Shown here: positions 13,265 to 25,146 of the stretch, piece by piece
Position numbering within the stretch: position 1 is the stretch's first letter
Layout of the letters: every line of letters starts with the position of its first letter
Origin: Octopus vulgaris
Taxonomy: Eukaryota
Direction of reading: 5' to 3'
Assembly: GCA_951406725.2 (NCBI GenBank)
Contig: OX597817.1
Coordinates: 372,001-436,000, forward strand
DNA length: 64,000 nt
The notes under the pieces: generated by a model
Seen by the model: only the letters and a program-made list of their open reading frames with translations
The model's database searches: none
Told to the model about the DNA's origin: nothing
Program-made: the position numbers and the translations under genes

Positions 13265-13532
13265 ATATATATATACACATATATGATGATGATGATGATG
13301 ATGATGATATATGTAATGCTAGAACATCCTAATGCTACACATATATATATATCTGAACAATCAGTCTATGTGGGAATATATGGAGATTAAGAATACGGAA
13401 ATAATAAACACAAATTCAAATTTTAATTTCAAATTTTTATGAACAACTCCGACCCAAAATTCCCCCCTCTCCACCATCCCACTGTCTAAAAGTAAAAATG
13501 AATGGTTGTTTTGTCTATTTCACATGAATTAA

Positions 13533-13910
13533 AATAATAATAATGAAATTATTGTATACAGTGCTCAGGTGCACCACAACTTGTCAAAAGTGCGTATAAA
13601 GCATATGCAGTAATGTACAAATATCTGGAAAGTAAATAGTGTATGAGTCAGATACGTGCTTGCTTGTGTATGGAGGGGAGAAAATCAGGTGTAGTGTTGG
13701 TAAATCTCAGGAGGCATGGAAGTTTTGAAGGATGCAGTGCTCCGACAAATAACAACTGATGCCGGCAGTTTGTTCCATGCTTCAGCAACCCTTAGCGTGA
13801 AAAATGTTTCCTAAAGTCATGGGAGCTGTGCTGTTTTCTGACTTTGTAAACATGTCCACGGGTGTTAGACAGATGGAGTTTGAAAAGGTGCTCAGAGTTA
13901 TTGTTTGTAC
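13533..13910 (-). mobile_element. CR1-like LINE 3' end (second family)
   Basis: Minus translation F.TLRVAEAWNKLPASVVICRSTASFK, followed by a 3' UTR ending in (ATT)n. Confidence 0.65.
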
Positions 13911-13952
13911 GATGCCAGACGTCGGAGTTTCAATGTATCCATGCCCAGGGAA

Positions 13953-15124
13953 GTAAGTTAGTTAGTTAGTTAGTTAATTTGGCTCAAAAGCAAATAGCAA
14001 GGCCATGTAGGGGGACATGGAGTTAAGTACAGGGTGGTGTTCATGTAAAGAGTTCAGGCCACTTGAGGTCCAGGGAGGCTTTGAACAAAGCGGTCGTCGG
14101 CATCTTCACCATCTCGTCTGGCAGCTTGTTCCACGGATCCGCAACCCGGACGGAGAAAGCTCCTCTCCTTCGATTGAGATGAAATCGTCGCAGGTAGAGC
14201 TTTTCGGAATGACCCCGCAGCCGACGCTCTGGAGCAGGAGTGAAGAACAGCTCTTTCGAGAGGTTACACTTTCCGCTTATGATGTTGTGGGCGAGAATGA
14301 GATCACTACGGCGGCGGCGTTTTTCAAGAGAATAAAGGTCGAGCGTCCTCAGCCTTTCTTCGTAGGACAAATTTTTGAGACCATGAACCATGCGGGTAGC
14401 CAGCTTCTGGACTCTTTCGAGATGCTGTATGTCTTTGAGGAGATAAGGAGAAGAGGCTTGAATCCCATACTCCAATATGGGTCTCACCAGCGTGACATAG
14501 AGTGGTAGGAATATGGCTGCTGTGAGCATTCCGAATGACCGTCGAATCAAGAACAGAATTCCGCGTGCTTTGTTGGCAGCATGGACGCACTGGGCCGAAG
14601 GCGAAAAGGAGGAATCTACCAAGATACCTAGGTCCTTTACCTGATCGGTCCTCTCCAGCAGCAGACGACCCGGCTCGAAATCAAGTTGAGTTGCAGGAGG
14701 AGAGCCGACAGGCAGATGACAGCACTTTGACACGTTCAGACACAGGTCCCAATCGTTAGACCACTTCCAAATTTGGTGGAGGCATCGACGAAGATCCTCT
14801 ATATTACCGCGAGGAGCGACCAGTTTGATATCGTCGGCAAATAGAAGGGTGTGTTGCGTGAGGTCGTCGGGCAAGTCATTTATGAAGACTAAGAACAACA
14901 AGGGCCCAAGCACTGAACCTTGAGGCACGCCACTGCTCGCACTGGAGACGTCGGACCGCGAACCATTAACTTGGACTTGGAAGGAGCGATCTGAGAGGAA
15001 GGCACCAACCCATCGTACAATATCCGGATGGAAACTATATGCTTGAAGCTTGACAAGTAATAGGCGGTGGTTTACTGAGTCAAAAGCTTTGGCAAAGTCC
15101 AGTAAAACGATGTCAACAGCATCG
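13953..15124 (-). mobile_element. CR1-clade LINE, 5'-truncated copy with uninterrupted RT C-terminal frame and (CTAA)n tail
   Basis: LDFAKAFDSVNH, VPQGSVLGPLLFLVFINDLP, FADD, KDLGI, VRPILEY and RVADPWNKLP; ORF 14041-14928. Same family as 43603-46700. Confidence 0.92.
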
Positions 15125-15384
15125 GTGTAAGGTGTTCAGAATATGGCAAATGCCAGTAATATGACAAATTACTTTGTCATATTACTGTGGGAAATTACTC
15201 TGAAAGAAATCTTTGCAGAAAGTGAGTAGATTGATTACATTATGTTATCGCAGTTTTGTGAGATTTGGCTGTTTTTATATTCATATTCTACATACTTGTT
15301 AACACCCAGCAGGCTGGATTATTATTTTTTTGTTCATGGTTGAAGATCTTCATATTGACCACATGCATGTATTTGTATGTGTGT

Positions 15385-16270
<886 letters not shown>

Positions 16271-16505
16271 TAATAATAATAATATTAGGGAGTAAATCCA
16301 AACTTACAGGGAAAAATTAGATTTAGGATTAAATCCAATTTTATAGTATAAATATATTATATTAAATTAGAGATAAAACCACTATTAGGCAAATCAAACA
16401 GTGAAAATCATAAGCCAATACATAAAATTAATTTTAAAATATAAAAATTAAAAATAAAAAATTATTTAAATAATTTAAACTTATAAATTTTAAATATATA
16501 TATAA

Positions 16506-16571
<66 letters not shown>

Positions 16572-16579
<8 letters not shown>

Positions 16580-17195
16580 TTTTATATTATTTTATTTATT
16601 TATTTTTATTTTTACTTTTACTTTTTTTTCAAATTATATAAATATCAAAAAGTATTAAAAGTTTAATAAAAGATAAAGAATAAAAACACTACGATCGTTT
16701 CATGGCTGTAACCAATTCGAATAACAATAATTTAAATTCAATTAATAATTCGAATTATGGTTACAGTCAATCTTCAGGTTAATTGTAATATTTTAATAGA
16801 TAATCAGAAATATTTAAACAATATTTTTAAGAAATAAATAATGTAATAATTATACTTATAAAAAAACTCTTTTATCAAACTAGAAACTTAAAACTTAACG
16901 ATTATGATTATATCAAAACATCTATTATAATGTTAAATATTAATTTCAATTTTTAAGTTTTAATTTTTAAGGTAAGAAACCCACCAATAATCTAATATCT
17001 GTAATAGTCAATATCTAATTACATAAATATTTTACAAAAAAAAATTTTTTTTTAATGACTATTATATATAAATTATCAATGAAAATATATAAATGTATAT
17101 AAATATTATAATTAAGATCTAAAATAAACTATATATATGTATGTGTATATATTGAGTATTGTATGTACATGTATGTATGTGTGTGCATGTGTATG

Positions 17196-17247
<52 letters not shown>

Positions 17248-18922
17248 TATATATATATGTATGTATATTTATATATATATATATATGTATACGTATGTAT
17301 AGTTATACCTCAAATTTTGATAAGTATTTTAGAGATTTTGGTTATGATCACTAATTTTAGCTTATGATTATAAGAATTTATGGTACGTTGAGGGGTTACT
17401 ATAAAAAAATGTTTTATATATTTATTAATTATATAAGATTTTTTTTTAATATATATAATAATTAGTGGTTTTTAATTATTTAATTTATTCTATATTAAGT
17501 ATTATTTATCATAGTTATTTTATTAATAAATCTTATAGTATAGAGTGATTCTATTCTTTATTTGTGACTTCATTCTATTTACATTTATTGATAAACCATA
17601 ACTGTTCCCATTCACAATCTTCATTGATAAAGCGTATTAATGAATTCTTCAACAATTTATTCTTTTTTTGCTAATAACGTAATTCCACGAGTATTCTTAT
17701 AAACGCTGTAAAGACGTTTTCCGATTCAAAATTTTAGTTCATCACAAAACCTTGCTAAGCTAAGTATATATTTATATTTAAGATCTTTAAATTTTAAATT
17801 TTAATATTTTATAAGTCTTTGGTGTAATAATATTGTTTTTTATGTAAATATCGTTGTTTATGTAATGATCTAATTATCGTAATTTTCTATATAATTATTA
17901 GATATTAACTTTAAGTTTATTCGTAAGATTTTACTTAGCGATAGATATGTTGTTTGATAGCAAGTATACGAGTTGTTTAATGTTAGGTTTATGTATATAC
18001 ATGTATTAATAGCATTAATTGTAGATTTTAAATTTCTTATAATTATTATTTTAACTTATATATTGTCTTTTTAAATGGATATTTGCTAGTTTTAGTACCA
18101 TTGATAAATATATTTATAGTATTTATAGTATTTATTTGATACTATATAACTACGAATTGATTATTTCTTTAAGTATTTTAAATATAAGATTTCCGAAAGT
18201 TATTATTTAGCCAACGAGATATAAAGATAGTTAATTTACTATAGCGTTCGTTTAAGATTGTTTGTTTGTATTTTTGAAATTAGCTATTTCATCTTTAAAT
18301 ATGAAAAATTAATTTATTAGGTATTTATTATATGTGCATATATATTTATTTATAGAGTTTATTTTAGATCTTAATTATAACATTTATATACATTTATATA
18401 TTTTCATTGATAATTTATATATAATAGTCATTTAAAAAAATTTTTTTTTTTTGTAAAATATTTATGTAATTAGATATTGACTATTACAGATATTAGATTA
18501 TTGGTGGGTTTGTTACCTTAAAAATTAAAACTTAAAAATTAAAATTAATATTTAACATTATAATAGATGTTTTGATATAATCATAATCGTTAAGTTTTAA
18601 GTTTCTAGTTTGATGAAAGAGTTTTTTTATAAGTATAATTATTATATTATTTATTTCTTAAAAATATTGTTTAAATATTTCTGATTATTTATTAAAATAT
18701 TACAATTAACCTGAAGATTGACTGTAACCATAATTCGAATTATTAATTGAATTTAAAGTATTGTTATTCGAATTGGTTACAGCTATGAAACGATCGTAGT
18801 GTTTTTATTCTTTATCTTTTATTAAACTTTTAATACTTTTTGATATTTATATAATTTTTTAAAAAAAAGTAAAAGTAAAAATAAAAATAAATAAATAAAC
18901 AAATAAATAAAATAATATAAAA

Positions 18923-18930
<8 letters not shown>
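16572..18930. repeat. ~560-bp inverted repeat (16572-17130 / 18356-18930) of HHR-bearing family C around an extremely AT-rich spacer
   Basis: The arms are near-identical reverse complements, each abutting a (TA)n tract. Confidence 0.88.
18706..18803 (+). ncRNA. Degenerate hammerhead motif with long stem II (family C; antisense copy at 16685-16782)
   Basis: CTGAAGA-ttgaCTGTAACCA...TGGTTACAGctat-GAAAC-GATC-GTA with palindromic stem III ACGATCGT. Stem I is weak. Confidence 0.5.
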
Positions 18931-18997
<67 letters not shown>

Positions 18998-19099
18998 TCA
19001 GTAATAATAAAAGGGTGAAATTAATTAATTAGGGATAATTATCAATTACACCAAGTAGATTTCGGTATGTAAAAGCCCCATTCGAGGAAAATTTAAGTA

Positions 19100-19752
19100 A
19101 TACTAAGTAATTAAGGGTTTAGCAACGAATTGCCTCACCAACACACCGAATTTAGAAATAGCAGTCAAAGAGATATAGCTATTCCTTCTACTAAAAGGGG
19201 GATCTCAGCAAAAACACAGCACTTAAAAGGCAAACACAGACAGGTAAGAAAGAAAGAATGAAATGACGGCAATCCATCATGCAATTTTAAGTTACCTACG
19301 GACGTACGTTTCGAGATCAAGTTTTAGGATATCATAAGAATTAGAAAATTCTACTTTACCCAGACTTCTTCTCTCATCGGCGCAGGATACTACAATTGTG
19401 AATAATATATTAATTTTTATATACAAATTATATAAAAATTTAATATACAATTATTCACAATTGTAGTATCCTGCGCCGATGAGAGAAGAAGTCTGGGTAA
19501 AGTAGAATTTTCTAATTCTTATGATATCCTAAAACTTGATCTCGAAACGTACGTCCGTAGGTAACTTAAAATTGCATGATGGATTGCCGTCATTTCATTC
19601 TTTCTTTCTTACCTGTCTGTGTTTGCCTTTTAAGTGCTGTGTTTTTGCTGAGATCCCCCTTTTAGTAGAAGGAATAGCTATATCTCTTTGACTGCTATTT
19701 CTAAATTCGGTGTGTTGGTGAGGCAATTCGTTGCTAAACCCTTAATTACTTA

Positions 19753-19756
<4 letters not shown>
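19100..19756. repeat. ~657-bp near-perfect palindrome of HHR-bearing family D
   Basis: 19100-19405 is the reverse complement of 19451-19756, and the 45-bp centre is itself nearly self-complementary. Confidence 0.93.
19470..19561 (+). ncRNA. Minimal type I hammerhead motif (family D; antisense copy at 19295-19386)
   Basis: CCTGCG-CCGATGA-GAGA[53 nt]TCTC-GAAAC-GTAC-GTC-CGTAGG, with palindromic stem III ACGTACGT and a GUC triplet (predicted cut after 19555). Confidence 0.7.
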
Positions 19757-19804
<48 letters not shown>

Positions 19805-19814
19805 TTATAACAGT

Positions 19815-20435
19815 GAACACATGTTCTTCCAGCGCTCTTAAGAATCTTTCCTCGTCTAGGCCAAAATAAGGCCCTCATTGTTTGTTTTCTTGTTTGTTTT
19901 TATTTCTTGTACTGTATTTTTTCGTAATTGTATTTTTATTTTGTATTTTATTTTGTATTTTATTTTGTAATTTTATTTGTATCGTTTTTACGTCCTGTTT
20001 TTGTCACATATTTTTCTTTCCTTGTTTTTACCCCTCTGCGAAGTAATTTTATTTAATTCTTTCGCAGGAAGGGCTAGTTCGACGAGTCGTGTTCTGTCCT
20101 CACCTTCGAAACACGCTGGAGTTGAACTAGAGACAGCTGATGAAGGGGAATTTTCCTTGTGTAGTTTGTCTTGTACTCTGTTTTTTTCGTTGTTAAAAAA
20201 GGTCCGTTTCCATGTTTGTTTTTACGTTTTCGTTTCTCGTTGAGTTCTACGTCTATTTGAGGTGTCCTGTACTCACGTATATATATTTATATATGCATGT
20301 ATATATATACATGTAGATGTAGGTACGTACATATATGTATGTATGCATATATTTTATTTATTACACTATTGTATGACTGAGCGCCCTCGCGTCGATTCGA
20401 TTCGTTTCGTTTCGTTTCATCTCCTCCAAGTAAGT
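19815..20435 (+). mobile_element. Repeat family A, second (inverted, diverged) copy
   Basis: Reverse-complement homology to 12305-12920; flanked by (TA)n. Confidence 0.85.
20074..20148 (+). ncRNA. Candidate hammerhead ribozyme with permuted strand order (family A copy 2)
   Basis: CGTGT(20088-92)-T-CTGTC(20094-98)..CCTTC-GAA-ACACG(20103-15)...GACAG-CTGATGA-AGGGG(20132-48). Confidence 0.6.
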
Positions 20436-20442
20436 TTATATA

Positions 20443-20473
<31 letters not shown>

Positions 20474-20680
20474 AGATATAGATATATAGATATATATTCT
20501 AGTTTCAGTTCAGAGCTGCGGCCATGCTGATGCACCACCGTAATAATATGAGGGAATATTATTCCAAACTTACAAGGAAAAATTCAATATAGAAATACTA
20601 AATCAAATTTCACAAAATATATATATATATAAATATATAAATTAGAATAATTTATATATTTTATAATTTTTTTTTCTAAG

Positions 20681-20724
<44 letters not shown>

Positions 20725-20738
<14 letters not shown>

Positions 20739-21109
20739 CTGAAATTGTCTGTGTATGGCAGGTTTGGTAGCCTTCAACTAACACTATCTCCTCCGAGACC
20801 CTGCGGCGCAAGTTGACCAAAATTGAGAGTATGATAGAAGGCTTGCTCTTCCTTCTATAGAAGAAAAATTCGAATTGGACCATGTTAACACCAAAAATTA
20901 TTTACATCAAAAAGGTGCTTTTTTTCTATGAAAATCCCTATTTTTTACGATTTTTTTACTGCTGTGTCGCCATTTTTCGGTGTATTTCAACCAGAAAACT
21001 GTTCACTTAAAGAGAATAACAAGCTACATAATGCAAAATTTTTACTTCTCAAAAATTCCAATTCTAAAGGCCCGAAACAAATCCGAGCAACGCCGGGCAA
21101 TACTGCTAG
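20725..21109 (+). mobile_element. Non-autonomous Helitron-like element
   Basis: Starts in TATATATAAAGCTG. Ends with the hairpin TCCGAGC-AAC-GCCGGG (21082-21097) shortly before CTAG|T (21106-21109), a canonical Helitron 3' terminus. Confidence 0.65.
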
Positions 21110-21409
21110 TATATAATAAATCAAAAAAAGAAGAAAAAACACCAAAAACACAATAACGCAAGGACGTGGTACATGTAATGTATTAGCAGATGCTCAGGGA
21201 AGGAAAGAAAGAAGGTTCAATGTTTTGAGTAGACACTCTTCTTCGGAAACAGAGGAAAGTCGAATAGAAGGGAAGGTGGAGGAAGAAAATCGCCAACGAT
21301 TCACATGAGGTTACATTTTGAAATGACCGGAAGGGAAAGGGTGAAGAAAAAGTTCTTTCTAAGACAGGAGAGTGTAAGAGAAGGAGGTATGTGTAGGCAT
21401 GTGCCTGCA

Positions 21410-21935
21410 CGCAAGTCTGTATGTGTGTGTAATAGCACGTGTGTGTGTGTATGTGTTGTGTGTGTGTGTGGTTTTGGCAGTTTATATGTGTGTGTGTGAG
21501 TGAACTTTGTGTCGCTTAATGTTGTAGGAAGAATTTAGTCGCAGGAGCGGTAGTCTTTTGTGTGCGTAGGGGAATGGTGAGTGGAAAGGTGTTTAACTGA
21601 CAGTTTGAGGTATGTGTGTGTGTATGTATGTACGTGTGTGTATGTATGTATATGTTGTGTGCATACGTCTGTGCATATGTGTGTGTAGGTGCATGTGTAT
21701 GCGTGTGTGCGTGGAGTTGTGTCTGTGTAGTATATGTGCGTTCCTGTGTGTATGTATGTGCATGTACGCATATGCCCATATATATGTAATTGTGTGCGTG
21801 AATGAGTGTGTTGTGTGTGTTAGGTATGTGTGCATTTCTGTGCATATGCATGTATATATGTGCGTGTGTGTATGTGTGTGCACGCACGTGTGTTTATGTG
21901 CATGTGTGTGTGGAGTATATATGCATTTCTGTGTG
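21410..21935. repeat. Degenerate (GT/AT)-rich simple repeat; similar tract at 23075-23510
   Basis: Direct observation. Confidence 0.85.
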
Positions 21936-22890
21936 TGCGTGAGTTTGGTGTATCAAGAAGTACTGTCTTGAAAGTAATAACTGCCTTTGAGAAAGAAGGA
22001 AAAACTTTCAGATAGGGACCGCCGGACTCTTACATGAATTATTAGAAAGGATCATAAAAGTACAGCTCCTAAAATTACTGCAGAGCTTTATGACCACCTC
22101 GAGAACCCACTTTCCACAAAAACTGTTTGCTGGCAGCTGCACAAAGACGGATTTCACAGGAGGGCTGCAATCAGAAAACCACTACTTTCAAAAAAATAAA
22201 TGTTGTGAAGCGTTTAGAGCGGAGTAAAAACCTACAGAATTGATCTCTAGAGCAGTGGAAGAATGTTATTTTCTCAGACGAGTCATCCTTTACCTTATTT
22301 CCGACCACAAGCCGAGTATACATGTGGAGACAGCCTAAAGAAGTATTTGACCCAGACTGCCTTCTTCCACCTGTTAAACATGGAAGAGGATCTGTGATGA
22401 TCTGGTGGGGCTATATCTTGGAAATTCACAGGCCCAATGGTTTCCCTTCATGGCAGAATTAATAGTCAGGACTATTCAAGCATTTTATCTGACTGAATTC
22501 ATCCTATGGTTGGGGAACTGTTTCCGGAGGGAAACACAATCTTTCAGGATGGTAATGCACCAATTCACACTGCTAAAGTTGTTACTGAATGGTACGAGGA
22601 ACATTCTAGTGAAATTGAACATCTTATCTGGCCACCACAGTTCCCAGATCTCAACATTATTGAATGTTTGTGGTGCATTTTAGTAAAACAAGTAAGGAGT
22701 CGATATCCTCCACCACCATCACTACAAGAACTAGAGACTGTTTTAGCTGAAGAATGCACAAAAATTCCTTTGGAAACAATTCAAACTGTGTATGAGTCCA
22801 TACCCTATAGAATTCAAGCTGTAATTACTGCCAAAGGCAGTCCTTCCCCATATTAAAATAAGGTGTTTCCATTATTTTTTCCAACCCCTG
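21936..22890 (+). mobile_element. Tc1-family (DD34E) DNA transposon relic
   Basis: FGVSRSTV (HTH), WKNVIFSDESSF, VKHGRGSVMIW, IFQDGNAPIHTAK and WPPQFPDLNIIECLW. The right end is ...CAACCCCTG|TA. Confidence 0.88.
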
Positions 22891-23788
22891 TATGTATGTG
22901 TGTTGTGTGTGTGAGAGGTGACGTCGCCGCGGTCGACTTTGCCTTTCATCCTTTCGGGGTCGATAAATTAAGTACCAGATACGCACTGGGGTCGATGTAA
23001 TCGACTTAATACCTATGTCTGTCCTTGTTTGTCCACTCTGTGTTTAGCTCCTTGTGGGTAGTAAAGAAATAGGTATGTGTGTGTACATGTGGTTGTGTGT
23101 GTATGCATATGTGCATGTGTATATGTGTATGTGCATGTGTGTGTATGCATGTTTATATGTGTGTGTGTATATGCATGTGTATGTGTGTATATGTATGTGT
23201 GCATGTGTATATGTGTGTGTGAACGTAGAGTTATGTGTGGAGGCATATGTGTGTTTTATTGCATGTATGCACATGTGTGTAGTCGTGTGTATGTGTGCAT
23301 GTGTGTGCGTGTTGTGTGTGTGGGAGATATATGTGAGGTATATGTGCATTTATGTATGTGTGCGTGCGTGTGTGTGTGCATGTGTGTGTATGAGCGTGTA
23401 TGTATGTGAGTGTGTGTGTGGGGGGTGTTATGTGGAGGTATATGTGCATTACTGTGTGTGTGCACGCGTGTATATAAGTGTGTATGTGCATGTATGTATT
23501 TGTGCTGTGGAGTCATTCTGTTTGATGAGTATGCATTTTGTTCTCATTGGGTTATATTACACTTTTGATAGAAAAAGGGATCAGCCCTTAATCCTGAAAT
23601 CAATTGATATGTAATTGAACCGTTTCATGAATCCGTTTCATTTATATGCACAAGTACAGTGCATGTTTATATTGTATAGTGATATCTTAAGCTAGATTTT
23701 AAACAAACATTGGCATCTTTTTCTGGCATGTTGGCGACTTATATATGTACTCGCTTTCTCTTGATATATATATATATATATAAAATAC

Positions 23789-23979
23789 AAAATACAATAT
23801 GGGACAAGAACGCAAAACATCCGGACAGCTAGGTGAGACGAAAAGGGACAACAAAACATCCAAATAGACAAAAAAAAAAACATAAGGACGGTTTTTGTTT
23901 TTTTGTCTATTTGGATGTTTTGTTGTCCCTTTTCGTCTCACCTAGCTGTCCGGATGTTTTGCGTTCTTGTCCCATATTG

Positions 23980-23985
<6 letters not shown>
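23789..23985. repeat. ~200-bp palindrome (about 88-bp arms) inside (TA)n
   Basis: AAAATACAATATGGGACAAGAACGC...AAATAGACAAAAAA is followed by its exact reverse complement. Confidence 0.9.
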
Positions 23986-24011
<26 letters not shown>

Positions 24012-24012
<1 letters not shown>

Positions 24013-24383
24013 CCACATGGTTCCGGGTTCAGTCCCACTGCGTAGCATCTTGGGCAAGTGTCTTCTGCTATAGCCTTGGGCCGACCAAAGCCTTGTGAGT
24101 GGATTTGGTAGACGGAAACTGAAAAGAAGCCTGTCGTATATATGTATATATATGTGTATGTGTGTGTATATGTTTGTGTGTCTGTGTTTGTCCCTCTAGC
24201 ATTGCTTGACAACCGATGCTGGTGTATTTACGTTCCCGTCACTTAGCAGTTCAGCAAAAGAGACCGAAAGAATAAGTACTGGGCTTACAAAAGAATAAGT
24301 CCCGGGGTCGATTTGCTCGACTAAAGGCAGTGCTCCAGCATGGCCGCAGTCAAATGACTGAAACAAGTAAAAGAGTAAAAGAG
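24012..24383 (+). mobile_element. SINE family 1, contiguous copy with internal TA/TG microsatellite
   Basis: B-box-like GGTTCAGTCCC, CORE-like TTGGGCAAGT, an internal microsatellite, and a 3' part ending GAAACAAGTAAAAGAGTAAAAGA. Confidence 0.8.
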
Positions 24384-24439
24384 AGTATATATATAGCTGT
24401 GTATGTACACTTTGCTCTCTGATATATACATATATATAC

Positions 24440-24486
<47 letters not shown>

Positions 24487-24941
24487 TATTTGTGTGTGCA
24501 TTTGTCATTGTGCTTGTTCTTCACCACTGCTTGACAACCGGTGTAGCTTTGATTACATCCCTTCAAGTTAACCCTAAACTCTTCAAAGCAATACAAGTAA
24601 ACGAAAAATCTATATAATAGTCTGCCTGTTCGTTAACCTGTTATACTTTAGTAAGTTGTGGAGGTGGAGTAAAAGTGAAAGAGGGGGGGTGAGTGAGTAG
24701 AGAAGAGTGAAAGAAGTAGAGAAAGATGCATAAAATTAATACACTAAGGTCAAATGGTTAGTTGAAGGGAGGGAGGGAGAGAGAGTGAGAGAAAAGAGGG
24801 AGAGAGAAGTGTTAACAGTGTGCAGTAGGATGAGGAGGGCAAGGTAAAGAGAAAGCAGTATGTTTAGGATACAATATTTAGCAGAGGGTGAGGTTAAAGA
24901 AAGGCAGATAGAAGGAAATGGACAGGGGAGGCAGTTATATT

Positions 24942-24949
24942 GAGAGAGA

Positions 24950-25007
<58 letters not shown>
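24942..25007. repeat. (GA)n microsatellite
   Basis: Direct observation. Confidence 0.95.
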
Positions 25008-25009
<2 letters not shown>

Positions 25010-25114
25010 CAGATAGCATTCATAGTAGAAACACATCAACAGCAAGAAAAAGTAGATATAAACAAACATCTGGACTGAACTGAACTGAAAGGAGCTTTGT
25101 TACTGCAAACTATA

Positions 25115-25115
25115 G

Positions 25116-25146
<31 letters not shown>

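Noticed and set aside
14017-14759. Plus-strand ORFs (163 aa and 74 aa; likewise 43664-44406)
   Set aside because: Antisense shadows of the CR1 RT frame.
20137-20160. Canonical type I hammerhead reading CUGAUGA-AGGGGAAUUUUCCUU
   Set aside because: The hairpin is not followed by GAAA; the only matching GAAAC and stem partners lie upstream, hence the permuted model.
21516-23614. His/Thr- and Cys/Val-rich ORFs
   Set aside because: Translations of degenerate (GT)n/(CA)n repeats.
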